Source: Zygnema circumcarinatum SAG 698-1b (Eukaryota; Plantae; Zygnematophyceae). From it: 64,000 bases of DNA. Numbering within the stretch: the stretch's first letter is position 1; each line of letters opens with the position of its first letter. The stretch covers positions 806,001-870,000 of the forward strand of contig CM074823.1 in the NCBI GenBank assembly GCA_037447605.1, given 5' to 3'. A program made the translations under genes and the position numbers. The notes beneath the pieces are model-generated. The model was not told where the DNA came from, ran no database searches, and worked only from the letters and a program-made list of their open reading frames with translations. Below are positions 42,468 through 58,361 of the stretch, piece by piece.

Positions 42468-42871
42468 GAATAAGTGCTGAACAGGGGTTGAGCTATTTAG
42501 TTTATGTGAGTGCAGACAGCTGCCACAACCCTTTTGATACTTCAAAAAAGCCGATTCGCATTGAAGGTTGCAGCCGCACTTTCTGACTGGACACCTTCTG
42601 CTTAACCCTAAATCACTGAACCAACACGTAGACATAGAACAGCGGAAGGAGAGAATCAATCGTCCTCTTCAATTGTGACCATCCAAATGTCATGTAAAAT
42701 CATCACCTGGCATATGCATCCAGCCTACATACCCACCAAATTGAACCAAAATCAGAATAAAAATCAGAATCAGAATCAAAACCAAATACGAAAATTGAAC
42801 CAAAAAGATCAAAATCGTTGCACTAATTGCGAATAATAAGACCATTCAATAGTGAAAAAAAACCGAGCCAC

Positions 42872-44051
42872 TTACACAGTAAACGTATTCGGGTCGCACT
42901 TTTGGATCTTTTCAAAGCCAAAATGGACCGTCGGCCTCAACAGCTTCATGCGTTCCAACTTACGAGTGGGTTTCTTTCGGTTCACCTCAAATGAGTAGTA
43001 AATGCTCTGCAGTTTCGGGCTCACTTTGAGCCAATCAATCGCAGTTTGCATGTCCTCAGAATCGCAAATATCCAGTGTGAGTTTGGAAAGGCGAGGGAAA
43101 GAAACAGTTTCCAACAAAGTATCTCGAACAGTGCACCATGCCTCATAATGTGTCAGTGAAATTTGAAGCTCTTCCAAGTGGTTCCTACTCCTGGAAAGAA
43201 AGGCGACCATAGCATCACCATTCACCCATTTCGGCAGCACAAGTTTCGAAATGCTGAGCTCGTCATTCAACGGATCCGTTTCAAAGGTGAGTTTCTTCTG
43301 GAATAGGTCGAAAACGAGTTCATTCCACACCAGAGTCTCTATACACATCCTCATCTGCAATTTCTTCAGCCGAGGGCAGCGAATCGTCAGATGATTCACT
43401 ATTCCCGCTATGTTCAGATCCTCCAAAAGCGGGCACTCCAACACGAGTTCCCCCGGACCCACACGTATGGTCAATTTTCGGAGAAAATTGGGCCTGATTT
43501 TTGGGAAACAGATTGAAGAAGCGTTCGTATCTACCGGAAGCGCGGTTCTCAACCTCGAAAATTTGCATCTCCTTGACACTATTTAATGGTGCGAAATTTG
43601 TTGAACTTAGACCCAAATACGTAGAGAACGTTAAACGTTCGAGTACTGGAAATTGGAGGAGCGCTCGAAAATGCTTTTCCGACAGAGCCGCTCTTATAAT
43701 CAACTCTTCTAGAGTAGCCCCAATCACTTTCGACCAAGATAACACCGCATGTCGTTCAGCGACGCGGTCGCCTCCACCGATAAGGGACTCCACTTCAGGC
43801 GTTATACTCACCAACTTTGCGATTTCAAGCGCCCTCGTTTCATCATCTTTAAACTTCGCCTTCATAGCACGGCATGTGCGTTTATCAGCGATTACTATCT
43901 TTGTGAAGCGGCGGACCGCCTCTTGGAAGCTCCTGCAAACGGTGGAGAGGTGCAGGGCGCGCAGGGCCGACTTGCTGCCGTCCCGCATGAGAATGTCGGT
44001 CAGGAGAACCGTCGGGAGGCTCAGGATGGAGCTCCCTCGCCTCGCCGCCAT
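42872..44051 (-). CDS. Intronless F-box protein with LRR-like C-terminus; one frameshift (pseudogene or homopolymer error)
   Basis: N-terminal ILSLPTVLLTDILMR...ALHLSTVCRSFQEA is F-box-like. The C-terminal frame has LRKLTIR, CPLLEDLNI, CPRLKKLQM, FPRLSKLTLD. The two ORFs join if one base is removed from the T5 run at 43498-43502. Confidence 0.75.
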
Positions 44052-44265
44052 GGCTGCAAGCGGGGGAGGGAGAGGGAGGAGGAGGAGGAGGAGGAGCAGG
44101 GGAGAATGAGGGGAGGGATTCCGAAGGCTTTTTTTTCCAGTTTCTGGTTTGCAGTTTCCGGTTTCATTGTACTGGTAGCTGTACGCTTCAGGGTCACGAA
44201 GTGGCACGGATCACGGTACAGTACCCCCCGCTAACATTTTCGCCATGGTTTCGGCAATTATTAGG

Positions 44266-44531
44266 GGAGAACTATATACCCCCCCCCCTCTCCCTCTCCC
44301 TCTCCCTCCCTCCCTCCCTCTCTTCTATGTTCTGCTCTCTCTCTCTCTCTGCGAATGTCTTTACGGACGTTGCGCTGTTGTGTGAGAAGGAGAAAACAAG
44401 GGGGGAATGTCCAAAATAGGGGGCGGGATATCCCAAGATGGGAGGGGCGGAATAGCCAAAATGGGAGAGAGGGATTTCAAAAAAACAGGGGCGGGATAAC
44501 CAAAAAAGAAGGGGGGGGTATATAGTTCTCC
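44266..44531. mobile_element. MITE-like element with 21-bp inverted termini
   Basis: GGAGAACTATATACCCCCCCC (44266-44286) and GGGGGGGGTATATAGTTCTCC (44511-44531). Internal ggga.atccaaaat-type subrepeats also occur at about 14240-14360. No clear TSD. Confidence 0.6.
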
Positions 44532-45146
44532 ATATAGGGTCCGTGTACTATCATCCCTGATGCGAGTTGTGATGGATAAGGCCATGTCCGTTGTACTCTG
44601 GTCCCCACAAAGATCTTTAGAATCTAAGAGATTTGAAAAGATTCTTGTCGAATCCTTAAAATAAAGTTCTCATTGCTCAATCCAATGGCAAAGCTCTGGG
44701 TCGGATATGGCAAATCTCTCCGCCAATCAGTTTCAGATTCTCATACGAAGAATCTATTCTTTGATCTCATTAGAATCTCATGTGCAGATCTTAGCTTCCC
44801 TAAAAACAATTTTGATGGCATCACTCGGCTGTTTTCTGGTTTGACGCAGTGTGCTAACCGTATTGTACGGAAGGCAGTTAGCCAATGGTGACGCTCGGTG
44901 GTTTGCGAAGGTGACGGTTTCAGTTTGCTGGGAAAAACCAGGATTTTGTACGGACCGTATAGTACGGACAGTACGGTCCGGACAATCAAAAAACCAGCTT
45001 CTAGATTCTTCTAGGAACTTTACAAACATGGCGCTTAAATTTGTTTTTCCTCAAACATATTTCAATTTTATTGCCAGCTCCTGTCCTTGCTGCTGCTCCT
45101 CCCTCGCTCAATTTTGCATTGCAGCTCTCTACTAAAGCTTTAATCC

Positions 45147-46876
45147 ATGGCGGTCCTTTCAGAGGTGGAGGAGGAGAAGAAGGAGGTGAAGCCCTCCAAC
45201 AGAGCGGCTGCTGCTGCAGCGAAAGAGGCGTCTTCTTCTCCCGCTGTAGAGGAGGGTGGTAGCCCCTATGACGTCACGTTGGGTTCTCTGCTGCGTCAGC
45301 ATGAGGAACGCCCCTTGGATCTGCTGAGCACCGTGTTCGATTTCCTGAGGAGGAAATCGAACGTCTTTAGCGACGAGGTGAGGGCGACAAGAGGCTCCTC
45401 GGGAAGGAGTGATTACGGTTTTTTTCTGAGAGTAAGGGTTTGGACGGAATTAGGTTAAGAGTAAGCTGTGTGGGGTCTGCATCCGCTTCCCTATTCTGCA
45501 TCTGCTGATACTGTTTAGGGTTTGGACGACAACTGCTCATTCGCTGTTGCATGGCAGAGCAGAATGTTGAAGTGAAGCTCTCCAAACTCGTTCACGCAGC
45601 CAAGCGGCAGCGCATGTTGGATGAAGAGCAGAAGCAAAAGGCTGCAGAAGCAGAGGAGAAGAAGAAGGAGTTGGAGAGGGAGAAAGAGAGGGAGGGGGAG
45701 AGAGAGAGAGAGGCTGCAAACAAATTAGCTGAAGGCGTTGCAGCCGGTCCTTCAACGAGCGGAGCAGAAGCTGCAGAGCCAGAAGTGAAGAGTGAGGAGG
45801 AGGAAGCCACGGACGGAGAATCGAGCGGTAAAGGACTGAGTAAGTAGACATATTTTTGGTGTTGCAAGGGGGGAGTGAGGCTCAAGTGGCAATTATCTTC
45901 GGTGATTTAATTTTGGCTATCTGTTGATGGCGAGGAATGTCTCGAAAAGAGCAGGAAGTGATGTCTTTCTAATTTTTCTAGTCTCTTCACTCCTCTCTCT
46001 CGCTCTCCCCCTCTCTCTCTCTCACATCCCCCCCCTCTCTCTCTCTCACACCCACACGCATACTCTCGCACTCTTTCGCCCTTTCACACACTTGCTTTCC
46101 CACTCCCTCCCTTTCTCACTCTCTCACCATTCGTTTCTTCTCCCTGCACAGAGCCAAATGCTGGAAATGGAGCAAATCTTCCAGAGTACAGTTGGACACA
46201 GTCTCTTGGAGAGGTGGACGTGTACATACCCATTCCGTCCGGAACAAAATCACGATTTGTAACGGTGGAAATGAAGAGGAAATATCTGAAAGCCGGTCTG
46301 AAGGGAAAGCCGCCTATTCTTGATGTAAGTTTTTTGTGCCTTGCTTTTTTACATGAACTTATTCTGTTCGCCAAATTTGGGTGGAGAATACGGTGGAAAC
46401 GTTTAACCGTCTGGGAGAATATGAAGTTTGAGGGAAAATGATGGCATGGTTATGGAGGTCCGGCTCGTCTGACTCTTTCTTTAGTTGGTGGTTGGGGGTG
46501 GGGGGGGCTGTTTTCTTTAGGGGGAACTTTGGGAGGCTGTCAAAACAGATGATTGCCTTTGGAGCATTGGTGAGAAATACTGGTCTACCTTATTCTCCTC
46601 TCTCTCTCTCACTCTCTCTTTCTCTCCCCGTCTCCCACTCTCGCTCTCTCGTTCCCATTCTCTCCACTCCGTTTACACTGTAGTTTACCAATGCTTGGAT
46701 TCCTCTTGTGAACCGCCGTTTTGGTAACTCCTTTTTGTTTCAACTTGCAGAGGATGGGAACACTCTTATCATTCATCTGCAAAAGGTAAACAAGATGGAG
46801 TGGTGGAAGGCGGTAGTGAAGGGACAACCCGAAATCGACACTCAGAAAGTGGAGCCGGAAAACAGCAAACTTGAGA
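45147..46876 (+). CDS. BOB1: NudC-family small chaperone (BOBBER-like), 3' end lost in a gap
   Basis: Exons 45147-45377, about 45563-45839, 46152-46324, 46521-46569 and 46751-gap give MAVLSEVEEE...LDLLSTVFDFL...KPNAGNGANLPEYSWTQSLGEVDVYIPIPSGTKSR...GELWEAVKTDDCLWSIEDGNTLIIHLQKVNKMEWWKAVVKGQPEIDTQKVEPENSKL (CS/p23 domain). The exon 2 acceptor is uncertain. Confidence 0.92.
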
Positions 46877-46976
46877 NNNNNNNNNNNNNNNNNNNNNNNN
46901 NNNNNNNNNNNNNNNNNNNNNNNNNNNNNNNNNNNNNNNNNNNNNNNNNNNNNNNNNNNNNNNNNNNNNNNNNNNN

Positions 46977-50950
<3,974 letters not shown>

Positions 50951-50961
50951 TTGACGTGCAG

Positions 50962-52821
50962 GCTAAGCTTGCTGACTTCACTCTCCTTAAGAAAATGGAG
51001 TCAGAAAACGACAAAAGTGGGGCCCACAGCACGCACATCGCCGGCACTCCTGGTGAGGAGTTTTCCTTCTGCCAAAAAATAAAGTATTCAAATTTAAAAA
51101 TAAAATAAAAATAAAATAAAAATAAGTCAATGTTTATGTTAAAAGTGCTTGTTTCCAAACATATCCCCTTTCCTTTTCTGGAAATTTAAATAGGCACAAG
51201 AAAAATCCGCCGCTATCCATTATTCATTATATAAAAGCAGTAAAGTATATTTCTTCCTTTGGGGGGGACAGGTTACATGGACCCCGAATACGTACGGACT
51301 GCTGAAATCACCACTTTCAGTGATGTGTACAGGTGAGACTGCCTGCCTCTCTCTCCTCCCCCTGTCTCTCTCTCCCTCTCCCTCTCCCTCTCCGTTTCTT
51401 TCCTCCGCCCCCTCTCTGTCTCGCTCTCACTCCTCTCGCCCTCTCTCTCCCACCCTCTCTCTTTCGCTCTCACTCATCCCGTCCCCTCTCCTTTCCCACT
51501 CTCTCGCACTCTCACTCTCGCTCCCTTCGTCCTCTCCCTCTCTCTCACTCTCGCTCTCACTCTTCCTTCCTCTCCCCCTCTCCCCTGTCTCTCGCTCGCA
51601 CTCCTCTCACCCTCTCTCTCCCTCCTCTCCCTCTCTCAGCTTCGGAGTGGTGCTGTTGGAGCTGGTGACGGGGAGAACGCCGACCGTCGTCTTCAACGCA
51701 GAGGAGCACATGAGTCTCGCTGCATGGGTGAGTAGTGGGAGAGGGAGAGGGAGAGGGAGGGGAGGGAGGAGGGGGAGGGGAGACTGTTCTCGTGCTATTT
51801 CTCTCCCCCCCTTACCTTTTCTACGTTTGAATACACTAAATTCTCTCTCTCTCTCACCCCCCTCCTCTCGCTCTCTCTCTCTCCCACTCTCTCTCCTCTC
51901 CCCTCTCTCTCTCTCGCCTCTCACTCTCTCTCTCCCCCCCGCTCTCTCTTCCCACTCTCTCCCTCCCCCTCTCTCTCCCCCCTCTCGCTCTCTCTCACCC
52001 CTCCCCTCTCTCTCTCTGCTCTCTCTCTCTCTCCCCCTCCTCTCAGCTCCTCCTCTTTCCTCACTCTCTCCCCCCCTCTCTCTCTCCCCCCTCTCTCCCT
52101 CCCTCTCTCTCCCCGCCTCTCGCTCCCTCTCGCCTCCCCTCTCTCTCTCTCCCTCCCTCTCTCTCCCCTCCCCTCTCTCTCTCTCGCCTCTCACTCTCTC
52201 TCTCCCACCCTCTCTCTCTCCCCCCTCTCGCCTCCCCTCTCTCTCTCTCCCTCCCTCTCTCTCCCCTCCCCTCTCTCTCTCTCGCCTCTCACTCTCTCTC
52301 TCCCACCCTCTCTCTCTCCCCCCTCTCGCTCTCCCCCCTCTCGCTCTCTTTCTCTCTCTCTCTCCCTCTCTCTCTCTCCCCTCACTCTCTCCACCCCCCC
52401 TCCCTCCCTCCCTCCCTCCCTCTCTCTCCCTCCCTCCCTCCCGCAGGCCTCTCCCTTCATCCGCGTCAACCAGACGGAGGCCATCGCCGACCCCTCCCTC
52501 CTCCTCGAGGAGGGCCGTTTGGAGGAAATCAAAAAGGTGGCGGCCCTCGCGGCGGACTGCGTGGAGAGGCTCAGTACGGACAGACCGACCATGACCGAAG
52601 TGGTTAACCGACTTGGTCAGCTGCAGTTGGTCCGCCGACCGAGTCAGAAGATGAGCGAGGAGGAGATGGAGGTGCTGCTGGCGGAGAGGGAGAGGGAGAG
52701 GGAGAGGGAGAGGGAGGGAGAGGGAGAGAGGCTTGTGGTGGGAAGCAGCTATGTGGAGGATTCGGATGGAATGCAGGTCTCGTTTTTGGGAAGTCGTTTT
52801 CAGTTTCAGCCGAGGGAGTGA
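50962..52821 (+). CDS. Receptor-like (Pelle/RLK) kinase, C-terminal exons (subdomains VII-XI)
   Basis: Exons 50962-51052 (AKLADFTLLK...THIAGTP), 51272-51332 (GYMDPEY...SDVYS), 51640-51727 (FGVVLLELVTGR) and 52447-52821 (DCVERLSTDRPTMTEVV...TGA), with GT-AG junctions in consistent phase. Upstream exons are not in the resolved sequence. Confidence 0.92.
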
Positions 52822-53646
52822 GGGGGGAGAGGGAGAGGGAGGAGGAGAGGGAGGGGAAGAGGGAGAGGGAGAGGGAGAGGGAGAGGGAGAGGGCGGGGGA
52901 GAGGGAGAGGGAGAGGGNNNNNNNNNNGGGAGAGGGAGAGGGAGAGGGAGAGGGAGAGGAAGTGGGAGAGGGAGAGGGAGAGGAAGAGGAAGGAGGGAGG
53001 GAGGGAGAGGGACAAGGGGGAGTTGGTTTGTTAGTAAGAGAGGTTTATTGCTAAGTAATTTTAGCAACTGAAGTTTGGGATAATGCCCACGCAATTCGAG
53101 TCATAAAGCCCAAAGGAAGGTCTATAGTTTTTTTCTTAGTTTGGAAGGACTTGTAGCTGAAGGTCTTTGCGACAAAGGAACAAAATTGCATTAACTTAGT
53201 AAAAGGAGGAAGCGCAAAGGTGGCAAAAATAAGATTTTTATTTTTATCTTTCTTGTTCTTTTTCTTTATTTCTTTCCAAAGAACCACAAAGAAGCTCATA
53301 GAAGTCCTCACTCACATGCGCTCACAACTCTCTTTGGAACCTTGAGGACGTGGAAATTCGAAAGAACAATTGACGCACCGTGACTTCATTTCTGTCGTGG
53401 TGGAGGGAAAATCGCATTGAACTCATGATGGCGATGATGATGCCATCACATGTACAACATGGACAACATCAGCATCATGGGAAACTACGAAGAACCAACT
53501 GGGCGCAAAGGACCTACGCACAACAGGAAAAAGCTACGAGCGGAAGGCAACGCCCAGGCGCAACAACAACATGGAACCATTGACGCAGCCGCGACGTCGT
53601 GTTCGGATTCCCGTTCATTTGAACGGCCGGATCGAACCAGTCGACG

Positions 53647-54003
53647 GCATCCAACGGCCGAACCCTCTCCTGTATCGACGGTCGTTGGCCTCCAGCTGAA
53701 ATCGTCCACGTGGCATATCCAACGGTCAAGTTCCCGCGCGTGTCAACGTGGCAGTTCTAACAGGTCAGCTTCCTGAGAGTGTCGACGTGGCACATCCAAC
53801 GGTTATTTTCCCGCGTGTCGTCGTGTAAGATCCAACTGCCAGCTTCCCGCGTGTGTCCACGTGACTGATCTGACGGTCAGATTCTGAAACGTGGCCACGT
53901 TGCATATCTAACGGTCAAATTCCCTCGTGTGTCCACGTGACATATCTCACGGCCAACAATTCCGTCGAGTTGAAATCTCGAGCGTGATATCCAACGGTCA
54001 GAT
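53647..54003. repeat. Degenerate ~38-bp tandem array with CACGTG-like and TCCAACGGTC-like motifs
   Basis: Units of gtgtccacgtggcatatccaacggtca begin near 53704, 53742, 53780, 53816, 53854, 53892 and 53930, with partial units at 53647 and 53985. Confidence 0.8.
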
Positions 54004-54086
54004 AATCCCTACCACCTCTTGCAGGGCCGTACACTGTATCATACTGTACGGACAGTGTCGTACGGACATTTCATTCGTCCGCCGTA

Positions 54087-54645
54087 CAGTAGGACCCCGT
54101 CATATTTTCAACCATCAAAAGTGCGTCCCCAAGAAATTCGCCCCGATTTTGCTGAAACCACCTTTTTGTACGGTAACTTGTGTTAGCCGTACTGTTCGTA
54201 CTAGCCGTACTAACCGTACTAGCTGTACTAGCCGTCACGGGCTTACGCAAAACTCACCTATTCTCCCCGCACGTGCCGCCGTAAGAGGCGCTCGCTCTTC
54301 TCCACTTCTTCTTGGACTCGATACGATACGATATGCCCCGATAGGATGTTATCCGTACTAGCCGTACGAGCTGTAGGAGCCGTTACGGGCTCGAAGCTTT
54401 TTGGTTTGCTGCCTCAGTAAACGCTAAGGCGTGCTTCATGTACTGTATGCGGTTTGCCACAATTCGATACGGTACGATGCGGTGCGATATCTTGGCAAAC
54501 GATACGATACGATACGTACGAACTTACATGAACTCTAACATAATTCCGCTCGCCTATTGGTAACACGGACCTTATATTTGCCAAATACAATATTTTCGCC
54601 CGATTTTTGCCAAATGTAGGTGGAAAATATGACGGGGTCCTACTG
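54087..54645. mobile_element. MITE, Tc1/mariner-like, 559 bp, 23-bp TIRs, TA TSD
   Basis: CAGTAGGACCCCGTCATATTTTC from 54087 and its reverse complement ending at 54645; TA at 54085-86 and 54646-47. Related single termini lie at about 22350-22403 and 44219-44260. Confidence 0.88.
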
Positions 54646-54729
54646 TACCAATTTCGCGTACGGCGAGGTCATGGATGTATGACATATGTAGTCAAAATTT
54701 TTAGGGTTCAGGATTAAGGGCAGTGCGGC

Positions 54730-54790
54730 CTAGGGTTTTAGGTTAGGGTTTAGGGTTTAGAAACTAGGGTTCAGGGGGGTTCAGGGCAGC
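54730..54790 (+). repeat. Interstitial plant telomere-like (TTTAGGG) repeats
   Basis: ctagggttttaggttagggtttagggtttagaaactagggttcaggg, with degenerate ttcaggg/ttagg continuing to about 54970. Confidence 0.7.
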
Positions 54791-55607
54791 GCTGCGGGCA
54801 GGGTTCAGGGCCGAGGCCTTTCCGGACTCTCTAAGGTTCAGGGCAAAGTCGGGCGGTTCCGGAGAATTGTCGGAGGCTGGGCGGGAGGGGGAAGGGGCAG
54901 AGGTTGTGGCAGGTCTGGGGTTCAGGGCGCAGGATTTAGGATGAGGATTAGGGCTCAGGGTTCAGGGTTCAGGATGTGTGAGAAGGTGAGGCGATTCTGC
55001 TGGTCCTCTCTCTCTCTGCCTCTCTCTCCCACCCTCTCTCTTCCACCCCCTCTCTCTCTCCCACCCCTCCTCTCTCTCTCTCCCAACCCCCCTCTCTCTT
55101 TCCCTCCCTGCCCCCTCTCTCCCACGCCCTCTCTCTCTCCCACCCTCCCTCCTCTCTCTCCCACCCCCCACTCTCTCTCTCCCGCTCTGCCTCCCTCCCA
55201 CCCTTTCTCTCTCCCACCCTCCCCCCTCTCTCCCTCGCCCTCTCTCTCTCTCTCCCTCCCTGCCTCTCCCGCCCTCCCGCCCTCTCTCTCTCCCACACCC
55301 CTCTTTCTCGCTCCTTTCTCCGTCATTGCTCTCCTCTGCCCTTCACGCCCGCATTCTCCCCCTCCCTTTCTGTCCCTTTCTACCCCTAACTAACAATAAT
55401 CAGCAGCTGATATTCACAACAGGTCCATGTAATCCCTTACAACGCGTACTTCCTTTTTTTGGGGTCTATAGGCTTTTAGTGGTTATAGGGTATTTCTATC
55501 GCTTTCTCGGGAGACCCTGATTTGAAAAGGAAAAATTTGAATTCCGTCAAATTTAGAACTTTCTTTCTGAGAGTGCGTAGTTTCCTTTTCCTTCACTGTA
55601 ATGATGG

Positions 55608-55612
<5 letters not shown>

Positions 55613-55666
<54 letters not shown>
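55613..55666. repeat. (TA)n microsatellite
   Basis: Direct reading of a long ATAT run. Confidence 0.9.
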
Positions 55667-55670
<4 letters not shown>

Positions 55671-56139
55671 AAATTTGTACGTCTTTTCAAGTGGCCCTAA
55701 ATCTGTGAAGGCGTTAATGTGGAACCATTAACAACGTCTCGGGGGGAAAAGAAAAGCAAAATAAGTTAAAGGTTTCATTTAATTATACATGCTATATTTA
55801 CTTTATAAGGAAACTTTTCCTCTATACGTCTAAGGCTTTTTCGAACGTTTCGAATTTTTAGGGTTCCCGGCATTCGACGACTTCTATTCAAATAGGATTT
55901 CTGAAAGGATGACTACTTTGATGTCTAACCGCCGATAACTTGAATGACCCAAACATAAACATGTACATTTTCGCAACAAAAAACAAAAAATATGTTTACA
56001 AAAATCTTATTTCTTTGAGCCGTGTTGCAGATCTGACTGTATGTATGAACACTATCCCCTTTTTTCTATGCAGGGGTTCATAAAAATCCACTTCTTTGAT
56101 GTTCACATCTGAACCGGTTCGGCAGCTCCCCGTTCACAC

Positions 56140-58149
56140 ATGGACCAGCTCGACTTCCTCGGAGGAGCCTCAGTTTCTGAGGCAGCAGCCAATGAGGGGC
56201 TGACAGGTGTCCACACGCCAGGTGGCGGCGACTCTCTCCTCCAATCAGAGCTCGACGGAGGGACTTCCCTTGACTCGTGGGGCCCACCACCGACTCAGGC
56301 AGTCGAGAGTGCCAGCTGGCAGCAGCAGGAGGAAGAAGACGAAGGAGAGGGATCGCGGGCGGCAGCTTTGAGCGAATCAGGGGAAGACAGGTGGCAGCAT
56401 GAGAAGCCTCTGTTCAACAGCTGGCACGTGTCGAGTGGTGGGGATGGGGATGGGGAGGGAGAGGGAGAGGGAGAGGGAGAGGGAGTGTACACAGAGGGAG
56501 AGGCTTCGGGAGAGGGGCATGTGGTGGTAGATACTGGGAGTGGAGGGGGTAGTGAGGCTGCCACGTGGCAGCAGCAGGATGGGGGGGTGAGCGACAAGGT
56601 GGTGAATGGACAGGAGGGAGAGGAGGGAGAGGAGGGAGAAGAGGAGGAGGAAGAGGAGGTGGAAGAGGAGGAGGAGGAGGAGGAGAGTGCCGGAATTTCG
56701 GCCCAAGAAGGAGGCGAAGAGCGTTTGTGGAAGGTGGATGTGGCCCTGAACCTGCTCCTCTCTTTCCTGTTGTATGAAGAGGAGGCGAGGAGGAAGGGTT
56801 TAGAGGAGGAACGAGAAATTCAGATGCTGAGAGAAGAGACGGAGGCTGAATACCGGAGCAAAATAGAGGCTCTGAAGGAAGCCCACCGGCAAATGATGGC
56901 GGAGTTTGACCTCCTCGAAGAAGTTGACTTGCAGAGAAGGAAGAGGATGCGAACCCTCTTGGCAGTTTCGGCGGGGACAGCTGTCGCCACGCGATTGGCC
57001 TCTCAGACAGCTACTGCCGCCATGGCTACTGCTGCTACTACTGTTTCTGCTTCTTCTGTGGAAAGGAAGGTTTGGGTGAAGGAGCGAAGTCAAGCTTGGT
57101 GGGACAGGTGCTGCGATCCCTCTACCTTCTCTCCCGCAGAGTTTCAAAAGGGGTTCAGAATGAGCAGAGAGACTTTTGAGCACATTTGTGAAGAGTTGGG
57201 AGAGGCAATTGGGAAGGAGGACACTTTGTTCAGAGCGGCTGTTCCTGTTCAAAAGAGAGTGGCGGTTTGTATTTGGAGACTTGCAACGGGGGAGTCACTA
57301 CGCATGCTTGCGAAAAGGTTTGGGCTCGGAATCTCAACTTGTCATAGTTTAGTCATAGAAGTTTGTGCGGCAATCAATGACATTCTGCTCCCGAAATATG
57401 TTCAGTGGCCGAATGATAGTCAGATGGTGAGAGTGATGCAGTCGTTCGAGCAAATTTCGGGCTTACAAAATGTGGTTGGAGCCATATATACTACGCATAT
57501 TCCTATAGCTACCCCTAGGATCAATGTGGGAGCATACTTCAACAAACATCATACCTTGAGGAACAATAACAAGACCTCATATTCGATCACTTTACAAGGG
57601 ACTATGGATGCACGAGGGGCCTTCACAGATGTATGTATTGGATGGCCCGGCTCTATGGCAGATGCCCAAGTGCTTCAAAATTCTGCCATATATCAAAGGG
57701 GAATACGTGGGTCATTAGAGGGGTGTTGGGTGGTGGGAGGAAAGAGTTACCCTCTCTTAGATTGGCTGCTTGTTCCCTACTCCGAAGTGAACCCCACTTG
57801 GGCACAACACAACTTCAATGAAAAGGTTTGGGAAACGATCAAAGTAGCGAAAGACGGATTTTCGAGACTAAAAGGGAGGTGGAGATTTTTGCATCACCGA
57901 ACGGAGGTGAAACTGCAGGAACTCCCCGCTATGTTGGGAGCTTGCTGTGTTCTGCATAATGTATGTGAACAGAGGAATGAAGGGTACGATGCGGAGCTGA
58001 ACTACGAAGTATTTGACGACGAAATCGACGATGTTTCCGGAATGCATTCACATAGAGCCGCCCAAGCGAGAGATGCCATCGCTATGACTCTCTTCCCACA
58101 TGTATCATGGGGTCCTCAGAACAGCATGGGAGGGGTCTTCTTGGGCTGA
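56140..58149 (+). CDS. Harbinger/PIF transposase-derived ALP1-like protein, intronless, acidic N-terminal extension
   Basis: 669-aa ORF with WVKERSQAWWD, FRMSRETF..IC, KRVAVCIWRLATG, FGLGISTCH.LV.EVC, GAIYTTHIPI, YFNK.HT.RN..KTSYSITLQG, FTDVCIGWPGSM.D, YPLLDWLLVPY, RLKGRW, LGACCVLHNVCE. No matching TIR pair or Myb/SANT partner ORF was seen around it. Confidence 0.92.
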   Translation: MDQLDFLGGASVSEAAANEGLTGVHTPGGGDSLLQSELDGGTSLDSWGPPPTQAVESASWQQQEEEDEGEGSRAAALSESGEDRWQHEKPLFNSWHVSSGGDGDGEGEGEGEGEGVYTEGEASGEGHVVVDTGSGGGSEAATWQQQDGGVSDKVVNGQEGEEGEEGEEEEEEEVEEEEEEEESAGISAQEGGEERLWKVDVALNLLLSFLLYEEEARRKGLEEEREIQMLREETEAEYRSKIEALKEAHRQMMAEFDLLEEVDLQRRKRMRTLLAVSAGTAVATRLASQTATAAMATAATTVSASSVERKVWVKERSQAWWDRCCDPSTFSPAEFQKGFRMSRETFEHICEELGEAIGKEDTLFRAAVPVQKRVAVCIWRLATGESLRMLAKRFGLGISTCHSLVIEVCAAINDILLPKYVQWPNDSQMVRVMQSFEQISGLQNVVGAIYTTHIPIATPRINVGAYFNKHHTLRNNNKTSYSITLQGTMDARGAFTDVCIGWPGSMADAQVLQNSAIYQRGIRGSLEGCWVVGGKSYPLLDWLLVPYSEVNPTWAQHNFNEKVWETIKVAKDGFSRLKGRWRFLHHRTEVKLQELPAMLGACCVLHNVCEQRNEGYDAELNYEVFDDEIDDVSGMHSHRAAQARDAIAMTLFPHVSWGPQNSMGGVFLG

Positions 58150-58237
58150 GGAAGGAAGTGAAGGGCTTTCTTCCGATTTTTTGCTTTTAGGGTTAAGGCT
58201 CCGCACCCTCCCCTCTCTCTCTCTCTCTCTCGCTCTC

Positions 58238-58306
<69 letters not shown>

Positions 58307-58325
58307 TTCTCTCTCTCTCTCTCTC

Positions 58326-58361
<36 letters not shown>

